The notes under the pieces are model-generated. The model was given only the letters and a program-made list of their open reading frames with translations, made no database searches and had not been told where the DNA came from. From contig JBGPIA010000015.1 of the NCBI GenBank assembly GCA_041484665.1, positions 1 to 64,000 of the forward strand: 64,000 nt of DNA, given 5' to 3'. The number at the start of each line of letters is the position of its first letter. Position 1 is the stretch's first letter. The DNA is from Candidatus Krumholzibacteriia bacterium. Its GTDB lineage: Bacteria; Krumholzibacteriota; Krumholzibacteriia; JAJRXK01. The position numbers were made by a program, and so were the translations under genes. Below, piece after piece: positions 10,375 to 20,859 of the stretch.

Positions 10375-10980
10375 ATGATACGGTCGCGCAGAGACTATCG
10401 GTTCTACCTCCAGGCGGACAGGCTCGCCTTGCGGATTGACCATGCGAGGCCCCGGTGGTTCCGTGACGAGGAATGGCGCTTCCAGCGCTTGCTGCGCGAG
10501 GTCGAGTTCTACATGAACTGCCGGCAGGCGCTCTGGTGGAAGCCGTACTACTGCTACCTCCGGTGGCGCTATAAGCAGCTCAGCTGGCGGTACGGCTTCA
10601 CGATTCCCCCCAACGTCTTCGGCCCAGGCCTTTCCATCGCGCATCGTGGAACGATCGTGGTCAACGATGAGGCTCGCGTGGGAGCCAACTGTCGCCTGCA
10701 CGTATGCGTGAACATCGGAACGACCGCCGACGCTGGCTCAACGGGCGCACCCCACATCGGCGACAATGTCTACATTGGACCGGGCGCGAAGATCTTTGGC
10801 GACATCGAGATCGCCGACGACATCGTCATCGGCGCGAATGCCGTGGTGAATAAGTCCTTCCAGGAGAAGGCGATCACCATCGCAGGCGTCCCCGCGCGAA
10901 AAATCAGCGACAAAGGCTCCCACAACCTCCTCGTGCGCGCCACCGAGCAGCTCGCCCTGGATGCTCCACGCGGCGGGTAG
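10375..10980 (+). CDS. Hexapeptide-repeat (LbH) O-acetyltransferase, serine-acetyltransferase/WcaB-like
   Basis: GPGLSIAHRGTIVVN..VGANC..PHIGDNVYIGPGAKIFG..IGANAVV..AGVPARKI. Confidence 0.9.
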   Translation: MIRSRRDYRFYLQADRLALRIDHARPRWFRDEEWRFQRLLREVEFYMNCRQALWWKPYYCYLRWRYKQLSWRYGFTIPPNVFGPGLSIAHRGTIVVNDEARVGANCRLHVCVNIGTTADAGSTGAPHIGDNVYIGPGAKIFGDIEIADDIVIGANAVVNKSFQEKAITIAGVPARKISDKGSHNLLVRATEQLALDAPRGG

Positions 10981-11112
10981 CTCAACTCCTTGGCGCAGGA
11001 GCGCCGGGCCACGGTGGGTTGGCGAGTGCCAAGCAACGGATCGGTGGGCGACGACGAAGCCCTCCGCTGCAACCGAACCGCTGCTCACCCACGGCAGTTC
11101 TTCAACACTCTG

Positions 11113-12255
11113 CTATTTCTCCACCGGCGATGGAGTACGCCCTTTGCGATTGCGGTACGCCTGTAGTACTTGGTACTTGGCCTTCCGTACGGGTCGATTC
11201 CGGTAGAGCACATCAACAAGTCTCGACTGTCGCAAAGCATAATATGCAGATGCCAACACCATTGACCATCTATCCTTGTACACAATGACTCGCTGACTCC
11301 TCCGGGCGACAGTAGCGAAGCGGCCCTTGTATCCTTCGTCTCCCCTGGCAAAGTCCATCTCTCTCATTCTACGCTCCACTGCGTACTCGAAGAGAAACCT
11401 CAGAATCACCTGACCCGGCGATCGTTTCCCGTATTTGGGGTTGAAGCTCGGTCGGTATAAGTACATGATGTCGTTGAACTCAAAGAAAATACTAAACGCA
11501 AGATATTCTCTATCAAGCGACAGACTGGCGACCTTTACCCATCCTTTCGGGTGCATTCGCCGGACGAAAGACCTACAAAACTCCCGGGCCTCCGGCTTTC
11601 TGTAGACGCTCGGCGTGGCAGTGCCATTCCAGCGTTCAATGTGCTGAGCGAAAAGGTCGTCTAAACGAGCCAGCGCCGTAGCCGTATCTGAATGGACGGT
11701 GAATTCAAGACTTCCTTGGTGTTTGAACCAGTTCACGTAGGTGTTCAGATTCTTCTTGTGGTACATCTTCCTTGCAGCTGCAATGTCGTTGAGACTCATG
11801 GCCGGGCAGGTGTCGCCCTGCTCCAGGCGAAAGGGCCAGCCTCGCGCCCTGAGAGTTGTAGCCAGCGCGGCCGACTGGGAGTTGTTTTGGTGGAGCTGGT
11901 CCAGGAGAACTTTGTTCCACTTGTTACGGTGCGCTCCAAGGGCATTCACGATCTCTTCGAGTACCGCTGGTGTCTCGGGATCGACAAGCAGGTCCGCGTA
12001 GTCGTTTTGGGGGTACCCGATGAACGTCAAAACCTTGCCGGGTTGGACGCAAAGCGGTGCAATCCCGCGGATAGCGCCGTCCGTGCTCGCGACGATCGTG
12101 AGCAGGTGAGCCCGACGGCCCAACGTTTCGAGCCAGGAGAGCAGCCATTCGAAAGACATGTAGGGCGGAGCGTTAGGATACCTCCTCAGCAGCAGTTCCC
12201 ACGGCTCTTGAAGCTCCCGGAAGGTTTCGATGCTCTCGATGATCTCTATATCCAT
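11113..12255 (-). CDS. GNAT-family acetyltransferase (CelD/BcsL-like, Acetyltransf_6)
   Basis: ATG with GGAGG-region RBS context. W..L..PYMSFEWL, GIAPL, DYADLL, 'RSPGQVIL..MDFARGDEGYKGRF'. Confidence 0.88.
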   Translation of the reverse strand: MDIEIIESIETFRELQEPWELLLRRYPNAPPYMSFEWLLSWLETLGRRAHLLTIVASTDGAIRGIAPLCVQPGKVLTFIGYPQNDYADLLVDPETPAVLEEIVNALGAHRNKWNKVLLDQLHQNNSQSAALATTLRARGWPFRLEQGDTCPAMSLNDIAAARKMYHKKNLNTYVNWFKHQGSLEFTVHSDTATALARLDDLFAQHIERWNGTATPSVYRKPEAREFCRSFVRRMHPKGWVKVASLSLDREYLAFSIFFEFNDIMYLYRPSFNPKYGKRSPGQVILRFLFEYAVERRMREMDFARGDEGYKGRFATVARRSQRVIVYKDRWSMVLASAYYALRQSRLVDVLYRNRPVRKAKYQVLQAYRNRKGRTPSPVEK

Positions 12256-12480
12256 GGAGGTCCCTTGCGCTTCCTATGTACGTCCGTCTATGAGCAGAGG
12301 GTGCGGCGACGCGGTCAGACCCGTTGCGGGGGTCGGCGCGGGGAGAGCGCGCGGCCCGTGGAGAATGGCAGTAGCGTCGCTGTTGTGTGGCGTGGAGGTC
12401 AAGAGCTTGAATCCTGGCCGCAGGCGTCCACTGTCATGAGCGTGCGTGGTGAGTGCTCCGTCGGCTGGCCGGATAGGCAG

Positions 12481-13533
12481 TCAGTTCCAGATCCCAGCCG
12501 TGCGTAGAGCATCGCCGACCTTCATCGACCAGGGTACGACGCCGGCCACCGTCATCACAAAGTCCGCGAAGGACTGCCCATTCAGGACTCCGACGCGCTT
12601 GAGCCCATAGACGTCCGAGCGAGCGTCATTGAATCCAGCTACGGTCGTGAGCGCACACATGTGGCCGACTTCCTGCACGATGTCCCTGGTTCGCGCGTCG
12701 AAGTCGCCGCGTGCTCCGTTGGGATAGCAGAAGAGCGGGCAGGGCGCGCCCGTGCGCTCCTCGATGACGCGCTTGGCGACGCTCAGCTCCTCGCGCACGA
12801 CCTCCGGCGTGCACCGGGAGAGGATGAAATGGGAGACCGTGTGATTCCCGAAGGAGACGAGGCCGGTCCCGCGCATCTCCTCGATCTCTGACCACTCCAA
12901 TGGCTGGTAGATCGCCGGAATCTCCGGCGCTGTGAGCAGCGAGCACGCCAGCCGATCCTCGATCGCCTCCACAATGGCTGCCCGCTGCTCCTGCGGGATG
13001 CTCTTCAGCCTGGCCTTGAGCTGCACGAGGGAACCTCCCCGGGACAGACCGGGGTTGCCGTCGGTCGCGTACTCCGCGCTGAGTGCGGCCAGCGCGTCTG
13101 GAGTGGCGTGGTCGACGGCATACTCGACGCGGTCCGCCCATTGGTGGCGCTTCTCGTCGACGAAGGCCGTAGCCAGGAAGATGGTGGCAGGAACCTGGTA
13201 CTTCCGCAACAGGGGGAAGGCGAGGGTGTAGTTCGATCGGAAGCCGTCGTCCATGGTGACGACGACGGGGTTTGGGGGAAGCGTGCGGCCGTGCAGGTAG
13301 TGATCCATCAGCGTCTCGAGTGAGATGATGCTGAAGTGGTTGCGAAGGTACTCCAAGTGAGCTTGGAACATGTCAACGTGGAGGTGCAGCCCCTGGAAGT
13401 TCTCGACTCCCGTATGGGCCGGGCTGTCCGTGAAGCCGTGGTACATGAGGATGACGATCTTGCGCCGGTTCGCCCACGAGAGCGCCCGCGGAACCTGAAG
13501 CTGCGAAAGAGACCGGTAGAGAAGCTGCCTCAT
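12481..13533 (-). CDS. Polysaccharide deacetylase (NodB/CE4)
   Basis: ILMYHG, TMDDG, GNHTVSH and FCYPNG motifs. Confidence 0.92.
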   Translation of the reverse strand: MRQLLYRSLSQLQVPRALSWANRRKIVILMYHGFTDSPAHTGVENFQGLHLHVDMFQAHLEYLRNHFSIISLETLMDHYLHGRTLPPNPVVVTMDDGFRSNYTLAFPLLRKYQVPATIFLATAFVDEKRHQWADRVEYAVDHATPDALAALSAEYATDGNPGLSRGGSLVQLKARLKSIPQEQRAAIVEAIEDRLACSLLTAPEIPAIYQPLEWSEIEEMRGTGLVSFGNHTVSHFILSRCTPEVVREELSVAKRVIEERTGAPCPLFCYPNGARGDFDARTRDIVQEVGHMCALTTVAGFNDARSDVYGLKRVGVLNGQSFADFVMTVAGVVPWSMKVGDALRTAGIWN

Positions 13534-13594
13534 GAATGCTCGTGGGGGTGGGCCCCAGCGGGCCGAGGGACGGTATCGGCGTTTCCGCCGAAGC

Positions 13595-14782
13595 TCAGTA
13601 TCGGCTCTTGAGGCCACCCCAGGAGGACGTTCCGGTGGGCACCATCTCCGGCGGGCCGAAGACGAAGAACTGTTGCGGAGCGTTCTGATTACGGACTTCG
13701 GTCCTGATCCATGCCGCTGAGATGGTGCCAAGGCGGATGCGAAACTCGTCGCCGATGCCGTTCATGTCATCTCCGCCGTTCGCGAACATCGGTCCGATCA
13801 CGCCGACGAGGGAAGTACCGTCCGGGTTCAGCGAGTGGCCATCGTAGGCCACCGATCCCGCCGGATAGATGAGGGGTGGGGTCTGGAGGATGCCGTCGTA
13901 GTAGAACGTGATCTGGCGATTCGGCCCATCGTAGACCCAAGCGAAATGATGCCATTCGTTCAGGACGATCAACCCGCGACCCCAACGATAGTCGACCATG
14001 CCTCCGCAGGCAGAGCTGTTGTACTGCGCGTCCCAGGACATGTCGCTCGCCTGGGACGCCAGCTGGAAGTAGCATGGATCGGTTTGCAGAACGAAGTCGG
14101 TGCTGTGATTCTCGTGCTTGAGCCACACTCCGAGCGTCCACGTGGTTTGTGCGACTCTGATGGCGCTGGTGTTGACGTTCTTGTTGGCTCCGTAGTGCCA
14201 TCCACTCCCGATCTTGGCCGCCACCAGATCGTTCGAAACCCAGGCGCCACCGGGACGTGCCGCTGCGTGCGCATGCGCCTGATGCGGGCTGGAATCGAGG
14301 AGGGTCCCCACGCCGGGGTCCTGGTCGAAGTGATAGACGACCGCGTAGTCGACCCACGTGTCGGAGGTCGAGGCGGAGACAGCCAGGGGGTTGCCGTAGT
14401 AGAGGTAGAACTGGTTCGACGACTTCGAGAGGGTCTCGGCCCGGACCCAGATCTCCGCCTGCTGGCTGCCCGCGTCGTAGCTCACAATCTCGGCATCCCA
14501 GAGCGTGACTCCATCCCCGCTGGTGAACCGAAGATCGCTTCCGTCGGTCTTGGCCTGCGCGAACACCGCGGGGTGGGCACTGCCATCCAGCCGGACCAGG
14601 AGTGGGAACCGGACGAGCGGTGTGCTTCCTTCGATGGAGTCGGCCTTCGCCGTGAACGGCATGCGGTGCGCCCAGTGATTGTCCAGCCATGATGCCGCCG
14701 AGACTGCGCTGCCCAAGGCGGCGCAGCCCACAAGCGTCGCACCGACGACCCAGGCGGCGGTTCTGACTCGCGCGGTGGGCAT
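13595..14782 (-). CDS. Secreted DUF2341 + LamG-like protein with short C-terminal TSSWGGLKSRY tail
   Basis: ATG 14782 after GAGGAG. Signal peptide (..AVSA|A). DGSDLRFT..EIVSYD..AEIWVRA..YLYYGNP (DUF2341). WHHFAWVYD..FYYDG..DEFRI..WIRTE (LamG). Confidence 0.85.
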   Translation of the reverse strand: MPTARVRTAAWVVGATLVGCAALGSAVSAASWLDNHWAHRMPFTAKADSIEGSTPLVRFPLLVRLDGSAHPAVFAQAKTDGSDLRFTSGDGVTLWDAEIVSYDAGSQQAEIWVRAETLSKSSNQFYLYYGNPLAVSASTSDTWVDYAVVYHFDQDPGVGTLLDSSPHQAHAHAAARPGGAWVSNDLVAAKIGSGWHYGANKNVNTSAIRVAQTTWTLGVWLKHENHSTDFVLQTDPCYFQLASQASDMSWDAQYNSSACGGMVDYRWGRGLIVLNEWHHFAWVYDGPNRQITFYYDGILQTPPLIYPAGSVAYDGHSLNPDGTSLVGVIGPMFANGGDDMNGIGDEFRIRLGTISAAWIRTEVRNQNAPQQFFVFGPPEMVPTGTSSWGGLKSRY

Positions 14783-14962
14783 GGCTCTCTTCTCCTCTCG
14801 GCGATCCGCTCTCGCGGGCGCCTGCAGGCGGGGCGAATATAGCGGAACACCGGATCCCGCAGCAATCGATGGCCCGGATCGTGCGATCCCCTGGGGACGC
14901 GCGCGCTCGGTCGTGCGTCCCGGCCCGGGCGGGCACGCGGGGCCCGGCATCCTCAGCGCGAC

Positions 14963-14977
14963 GCACGAGTCGTGCCA
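14963..14977 (-). promoter_or_regulatory. Putative sigma54 (-24/-12) promoter
   Basis: Minus strand TGGCACGACTCGTGC (GG-N10-GC), about 180 nt upstream of the 14782 start. Confidence 0.5.
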
Positions 14978-15163
14978 TGCTAGACTCCGCGGGCGCTCCC
15001 GCAAGGGGGCAGCAACCCCGGAGATTGGCCTGCGATGGTTCGGTCTACCCGGTTGCCGAGCAGGGCGCCCGCAGCCTCCGGCTCGCGCGTCGTGGATCAG
15101 GGCCCGGCTCGCGCGAAGTGAACGCCGCAACGTGGACCTGCTCCTGCAGCGTGGGGAATTGCG

Positions 15164-17056
15164 ATGTGCGGGATCTGTGGCTTTGCCGGTGAACGCGCTC
15201 GCCTTTCGGCCGCCGATTTGGCGCGCATGAACAGCTCGCTCATCCACCGCGGGCCCGATGACGAGGGCCAGTTGGTCGAGCCCGGCGTCGGGCTGGCCAT
15301 GAGGCGCCTGAGTATCCTCGATCTGGAGGGGGGCCACCAGCCCATCTCCAATGAGGACGGCTCGATCTGGGTCATCTTCAACGGCGAGATCTACAACTAC
15401 CGCGCGCTGCGCGCCGACCTTCAGGCCAAAGGGCACGTGCTCCGGACGCAGAGCGATACGGAGGTGATCGTCCACCTCTACGAGGAGCACGGAAAGGAGC
15501 TGGTCCATCACCTGCGCGGGATGTTCGCCTTTGCCCTGTGGGACCGGCGAGAGCGCAGCCTGCTGCTGGCACGGGACCGGCTCGGGATCAAGCCGCTCTT
15601 CTACTCGTACCACGAGGGCACCCTGCTCTTTGGCTCCGAGATCAAGGCGATCCTCCAGTCCGGCCTCGTCCCCACCGACATCAACTGGCAGGCGGTCGAC
15701 GCGTATCTCACTCTCACCTACATCCCCGCCCCCTACACCATCTACAAGTCCGTGTCGAAGTTGCCGGCGGGCAGCCGGTTGAGCTTCAAGGACGGTCGCT
15801 GCGTCCAAGAGCGCTACTGGGACATCGATCTCACCAGCCGGGACACCGGAGCTTCCGCCGAGGAATGGGAGTCCAGGATCGAGGACAAGCTGTTCGACGC
15901 CGTGAAGTCCCATCTCGTCAGCGACGTCCCGCTGGGCGCTTTCCTCTCGGGAGGAATCGACAGCAGCCTCGTGGTCGCGATGATGTCGAAGGCGCTTGGA
16001 ACACCCGTCGAGACCTTCACCATGGGCTTCGCCGGTAACGGCCTGGGACTGCGCGACGAGCGCCCCTACGCCAGGCTTCTGGGCAGTCGCTACCATGCGG
16101 CCTACAACGAATTCACCGTGGAGCCCCACTTCGAGGACATCCTCGACGAGATCCTGACTGCCTTCGACGAGCCCTTCGCCGACGACTCCATCATTCCCAG
16201 CTACTACATCTCCCAGCTCACGCGTCAGAAGGTCAAGGTTGCGTTGTCGGGCCTGGGCGGCGACGAGCTGTTCGGTGGCTACCATCGTTATCGCGGACTG
16301 CTGTTGAGCAAGCCGTACGGCGTCCTGCCTCGCTTTGTGCGCCGGGGAATCGCCGAAGTCCTCGTCGACCGCTTCCCCGAGCCTTCCGGGGGGAGCGACC
16401 GTATCGACCACGTCAAGCGTTTCGCGCGGTTCGCGGCCCTTCCCCCGGATCAGCGCTATCTCGGTTACGTCTCCTCCCTCGATGTCGCCGGACGCAGGCG
16501 CCTCTATCGCCGCCCGCTGCTCGAGCAGATCGACTTCGAGGCCACCTCGGCGGTGATCACGCAGCCCTTCAATGCATGCGGCTCGGAGGACCTGCTCGAT
16601 CGAGCCTTCTACACCGATCTCATGACCTATCTCCCGGACGACATCCTGGCGCTCTCCGATCGGATGAGCATGTGGCACTCCTTGGAGCTGCGCGTGCCCC
16701 TGATCGATCATGAGCTTGCTGAGCTCGCGGCGAAGATGCCGCCCGAATACAAGGTGCGGCTGCGATCGACGAAGTGGCTCCTGCGGCGCATCGCCCAGCG
16801 GTGGCTACCGAGCGAGATCGTGACTCACCGCAAGCAAGGCTTCGAATCCCCCATGGCCGCTTGGCTTCGCAACGATCTAAGGGAGTATGCGGAGGGCATC
16901 CTCACCGATCCGGCCATCGAGCGTCTGGGCCTGTTCGATCGTCGCGAGATCGCGCGCCTTTTCGACCTGCACTGCAGCGGCCAGCAGAAGAACAACAAGA
17001 TCCTTCTGTCTCTGCTCATTCTTTTCCGATGGATGACCAAGAACGTGGTGCGCTGA
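15164..17056 (+). CDS. asnB: Asparagine synthase (glutamine-hydrolysing)-like amidotransferase
   Basis: MCGICG N-terminal Cys, HRGPD, RRLSILDL, FNGEIYN, FLSGGIDSS, SGLGGDELFGGY and RKQGF. Confidence 0.95.
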   Translation: MCGICGFAGERARLSAADLARMNSSLIHRGPDDEGQLVEPGVGLAMRRLSILDLEGGHQPISNEDGSIWVIFNGEIYNYRALRADLQAKGHVLRTQSDTEVIVHLYEEHGKELVHHLRGMFAFALWDRRERSLLLARDRLGIKPLFYSYHEGTLLFGSEIKAILQSGLVPTDINWQAVDAYLTLTYIPAPYTIYKSVSKLPAGSRLSFKDGRCVQERYWDIDLTSRDTGASAEEWESRIEDKLFDAVKSHLVSDVPLGAFLSGGIDSSLVVAMMSKALGTPVETFTMGFAGNGLGLRDERPYARLLGSRYHAAYNEFTVEPHFEDILDEILTAFDEPFADDSIIPSYYISQLTRQKVKVALSGLGGDELFGGYHRYRGLLLSKPYGVLPRFVRRGIAEVLVDRFPEPSGGSDRIDHVKRFARFAALPPDQRYLGYVSSLDVAGRRRLYRRPLLEQIDFEATSAVITQPFNACGSEDLLDRAFYTDLMTYLPDDILALSDRMSMWHSLELRVPLIDHELAELAAKMPPEYKVRLRSTKWLLRRIAQRWLPSEIVTHRKQGFESPMAAWLRNDLREYAEGILTDPAIERLGLFDRREIARLFDLHCSGQQKNNKILLSLLILFRWMTKNVVR

Positions 17057-17080
17057 GCGGGGCGTCGGCCGCAGGCCGAG

Positions 17081-18244
17081 CTAGCCCACGCGCGGTTGCC
17101 ACAGGACTTGCTTCTGTCCACGCAGGAATCTCACGGTTGCGTGTGCGCAGGAGAGGTTCAAGAGCAGCAGATAGTACGGGCCCGTGGCCAGCGGGAAGCT
17201 GGCGTTCAGCTTGCTCATCACGTACCCGAGCGCAGCCAACAGGTAGAACGTCACCTGGCCAAGGAAGAGCAAACGGAAGCCCGGCCCAGCGGACAACAGC
17301 AAGGCATTCGTCACGAGAGCAACCATCTGCGGTACGAAGGCGCTGTAGCGCAGGACCTTGTGCGAGAGCAGCTGCCAGCTGAACCGGGCGTCCCGCCAGG
17401 GGCTAAGCAGGTGCCGGAGGTCGTAGAGCGCCCAGATCGCGCGCAGCGCCACCCTCACTCTCATGCGGTACTCCTGGCTGGGCGATCCGAGAGCCGGCTC
17501 TCGAAGCACGGCTCTGGGCTCGTAGACCACCCGGTACCCCTGCTCCACGACGCGCAGTGGAAGCACGAAGTCTGGAAGCTGATCCGCGCGCATGGGCTGA
17601 TAGAGGGACTTCCGAACCGCATCGATGCCCCCGTCGACTCCGACCACAGATCCGAACCGCGTCTCCCAAGCCCGCAGCAGATTCTCGTACCGCATGTACG
17701 CGGTGCACCCCTCTCCGGTCACCGAGCCGTCGGGGTTGGTGTAGATCATCTTTCCGGTGACGTAGCCGATCGCCTGGTCGGCGAAGTTGCTGACGATGTG
17801 ACCGATCGCCGGCTTTTCGTAGAGGGAGTTGGCGTCGGCAAACACGAGGATCTCCCCGCGGGCCTGCTCGACGGCGAGATTCAGGCCGGCGGTCTTGCCC
17901 TGGCGCGGCTCCTGCCGGATGAAACGCAGGCGTCCGGCGGACGCAACGACGAGCTCGCGCACGATGTGGTCGGTCGCATCGACGGACTCGTCGGAGATGA
18001 CGATCATGTCCAGCCTGTCGGGCGGATAGTCCGAGTCGAGCTTGTTCGAGATGCTCTCCGCGATGACCCGCTCCTCGTTGTGGGCGACCGTGATGACGGT
18101 GACCAGCGGCTCGTACGCTGCGGCGCCGGGTCGAACGCCAGCCGATCGTCGCGCGAAGAGGAAAAGAAGCGCGGGGTATCCGAGGTAGGTATACGCCAGC
18201 CAGAGGAGCGATAGCGCTAGGAGGAGCTCGCATAGCGTCGTCAT
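17081..18244 (-). CDS. Glycosyltransferase family 2 (membrane, cellulose-synthase-like)
   Basis: N-terminal TM, AHNEE, GKTAGLN, DAN (DxD-like), LPDF, R..R motif and C-terminal TMs. Confidence 0.92.
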   Translation of the reverse strand: MTTLCELLLALSLLWLAYTYLGYPALLFLFARRSAGVRPGAAAYEPLVTVITVAHNEERVIAESISNKLDSDYPPDRLDMIVISDESVDATDHIVRELVVASAGRLRFIRQEPRQGKTAGLNLAVEQARGEILVFADANSLYEKPAIGHIVSNFADQAIGYVTGKMIYTNPDGSVTGEGCTAYMRYENLLRAWETRFGSVVGVDGGIDAVRKSLYQPMRADQLPDFVLPLRVVEQGYRVVYEPRAVLREPALGSPSQEYRMRVRVALRAIWALYDLRHLLSPWRDARFSWQLLSHKVLRYSAFVPQMVALVTNALLLSAGPGFRLLFLGQVTFYLLAALGYVMSKLNASFPLATGPYYLLLLNLSCAHATVRFLRGQKQVLWQPRVG

Positions 18245-18357
18245 CGTCAGCCGTCACCTCGCTTGCGCAGGGATCGCTGGATCGTGTAGCATGGATCATG
18301 CATCCCAGACGCATCGATCTTGCGCAGAGGTCCCGTCCAGGGACCGGAGGCCCCCGT

Positions 18358-19767
18358 ATGGCACGCCCGTTTCGATTCCTCGTGTTCCTCGCCACGCTCT
18401 GCGGCTTCTCGTCGGTGGGCCGCGCGGCGGTGCCATGGTTGAACGTCCATTGGCACCAGCGCCTCGAGATCACGGCGAAACCCGCGCTGATCGATGGCAG
18501 CGAGATCTTCGTCGACTTCGCGCTCCTGCTGAAGCTGAACGGCACCGACCACGCGAGCGTCTTCGCCAACGCCAAGGCCGACGGATCGGATCTCACCGTG
18601 ACGTCCGGCGACGGCATCACGGTGCTGGGTCACGAGATCGTATCCTATGATCGAGTGTCCAAGGGTGCGGAGATCTGGTTCAGGGCCCCGTTCTTCTCCG
18701 GCTCCTACAATCGTTTCTACCTGTACTTCGGAAACCCCGACACCACGATCGTTCGGACACCTGGGGAAGCCTGGACGAACCAACAGCTCGCCGTCTACCA
18801 CTTCTCCGAGGATCCCGGCCAGGGAGTCCTCAAGGACTTCGGTCCCCACAACAACTTCGGGACAACCGGCTCCCCGGGGAACTGGACGAGCGCGGACGTG
18901 GCTGCCGGGCAGATCGGACAGGGTTGGAGGTTCAACGGACAGACGAGCTTCATCGACGGCAGCCGCATCAGCTCGACGGCGGGGAGCTACACCATCAGCG
19001 CCTGGTTCGCCTGCTTCAACCGGAACGTGGATGCGAATTTCGCGTTCGACGCCGACTTCGGGCACGTCTCGGCCAAACGCAATGGCGAGCAGCAATACCC
19101 GGATATCGTCACTGGGAACGGGTTCATCCGGTGGGACCCCGCGCTGCCGGACACGCTGATCCATCACTACGTGTGGACCCTGGACGCCGTCCGTGACAGC
19201 GCACGCTTCTACTTCGATGGGATCGAGCAGGGTCAAAACGTGAACTATGCTCCCAACCCGCCGTACAAGGTCTATACCGGAGGGGGGATCCATGGAAACG
19301 TGGGGATCGCCGGCCCGGTCTTCGAGAACGATCCGCTCGACATGATGGAGGGAATCACCGACGAGTACCACATCTACCAGGGGATCCGCAGCCCCGCGTG
19401 GATCAAGACGGAGTATCGCAACCAGAAGGACCCCGCGAACTTCTTCACGTATCGGCAGGATACGTGGGCCCTGGGCGCCGATCCATTGACCCCGTCGCTG
19501 CTCAAGTTGAACGCCTTCCCCAATCCACTGCGTGGGATGACCGAGATCACGATCGTTGCGGGCCCGGCCGACGTCGAGATCGCCGTGTACGACATCGCCG
19601 GCCACAAGATCCGACTGCTGCGTTCGGGAGCGCTGCCCGAGAGTCCATTCCGCCTGAACTGGGACGGCCGGGACGAAGAGGGTCGGTCCCTGGGCAACGG
19701 CACATACTTCATCCGCGCCTTCAGCAAGGACGGCGTCGCCATCACGAAGGTCGCCCTCATCCGCTGA
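18358..19767 (+). CDS. Secreted DUF2341 + LamG-like protein with C-terminal FlgD-Ig/T9SS-CTD-like domain
   Basis: GGAGG RBS and signal peptide. Paralogous to 13595-14782. Tail AFPNP..VYDIAG..IR.L..WDGRD..G..LGNGTYF..KVALIR. Confidence 0.88.
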   Translation: MARPFRFLVFLATLCGFSSVGRAAVPWLNVHWHQRLEITAKPALIDGSEIFVDFALLLKLNGTDHASVFANAKADGSDLTVTSGDGITVLGHEIVSYDRVSKGAEIWFRAPFFSGSYNRFYLYFGNPDTTIVRTPGEAWTNQQLAVYHFSEDPGQGVLKDFGPHNNFGTTGSPGNWTSADVAAGQIGQGWRFNGQTSFIDGSRISSTAGSYTISAWFACFNRNVDANFAFDADFGHVSAKRNGEQQYPDIVTGNGFIRWDPALPDTLIHHYVWTLDAVRDSARFYFDGIEQGQNVNYAPNPPYKVYTGGGIHGNVGIAGPVFENDPLDMMEGITDEYHIYQGIRSPAWIKTEYRNQKDPANFFTYRQDTWALGADPLTPSLLKLNAFPNPLRGMTEITIVAGPADVEIAVYDIAGHKIRLLRSGALPESPFRLNWDGRDEEGRSLGNGTYFIRAFSKDGVAITKVALIR

Positions 19768-19777
19768 GCCACAGCCG

Positions 19778-20752
19778 TCAGGGCTTCCGGCTCCCTGCCA
19801 TCTCCAGTAGAATGACCTTGAGCATCAGCCCGTACAGGGCCCCCTGGAACGGGGAGCGGGCAAGGCTTTGCCGCAGGCAGGAGCGGGCCTCGGACAGGCG
19901 CCGCGCCTCGACCAGCCCCCAGCAATAGCTCTCGGCGCACCGTTTGACCTTCTTGCGCAACAGTCGCACTAGCGTAGGATCGTCGCGGTACTCGGCGAGC
20001 TGGATTTCAGTCAGCTCCAGCAGGTGCCGCGAATTGCGGAGCCGGTTCGCGGCGTCGTGGATGAGGCTGCGCGGGTGGTTGCGCTTGCGCGAGAGGACAC
20101 GGTCCACGTAGCCCGCGGTGCAGAGGTAGGCAGCCCGGGCGTAGAACTCATCGTCTTCAGCGTAGCAATAGCCCTCGCGAAACGGCCCGGCTCGCTCTGC
20201 CACTTCGCGGCGAAGGGTCAGGCCGCTGGTGTGCATGAAGGCGCCGTGACGGATGATATGGGGAGTGAGCGACTCGGAGAAAAGCCATCCTTCCGGCTCC
20301 ACCTGCCGGTGCGGGATGCTCCGGAAGACGCTCCAGCTATCGACGCCCGAGGCGACCAGCACGCCTGTCTCGTCGAAGATGTCGTAATTGGTGAAGAAAA
20401 GGCCCGCCTCCGGATGCCGCTCGAGGAATGCGAGCGTGGTGGCGAGGCACCCAGGCATCAGGACATCGTCGGCATCGAGGAGCATCAGCAGACGCCCGCG
20501 CGCGCTGGCCATCGCCAGATTCCGCGCGGCGGACGGACCGCGATTGGGCTGACACACGTACCGGACCGCTCCGGCCTCGATGAGCGGGCGCAGCACTTCC
20601 TGGGTGTCGTCGGTCGAGCCGTCGTCCGCGATCACGATCTCCACGCCCGCGACGGCCTGATCGAGGACCGAGGAGACGGCCGCGCCGATGTAGGCAGAGT
20701 AGTTGTAGGTCGGCACGAGGACGGACAAAATCGGTTCGCTGCGGTCCGTCAC
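19778..20752 (-). CDS. Glycosyltransferase family 2
   Basis: SVLVPTYN, DDGSTD, NRGPSAARN, LDADD and ED motifs. GTG start approximate. Confidence 0.92.
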   Translation of the reverse strand: MTDRSEPILSVLVPTYNYSAYIGAAVSSVLDQAVAGVEIVIADDGSTDDTQEVLRPLIEAGAVRYVCQPNRGPSAARNLAMASARGRLLMLLDADDVLMPGCLATTLAFLERHPEAGLFFTNYDIFDETGVLVASGVDSWSVFRSIPHRQVEPEGWLFSESLTPHIIRHGAFMHTSGLTLRREVAERAGPFREGYCYAEDDEFYARAAYLCTAGYVDRVLSRKRNHPRSLIHDAANRLRNSRHLLELTEIQLAEYRDDPTLVRLLRKKVKRCAESYCWGLVEARRLSEARSCLRQSLARSPFQGALYGLMLKVILLEMAGSRKP

Positions 20753-20859
20753 GATGGGGGACCCCCGGGGTGCAGAGGGTAGCGGGTCTCGACGATCGCG
20801 CCGATCCTCGGGGCGGCGCAACCCTGGCGCTGCGCCGTCCCGCCGCAGACGCGACCCCT

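Noticed and set aside
14783..16711. N-terminal ~640 aa of the listed 1038-aa minus-strand ORF
   Set aside because: Antisense shadow of asnB. The real gene starts at 14782 with an RBS and signal peptide.
18285..18325. Sigma54-like motifs upstream of the second LamG paralogue
   Set aside because: Spacing is right but the invariant -24 GG is missing (AG or CG).
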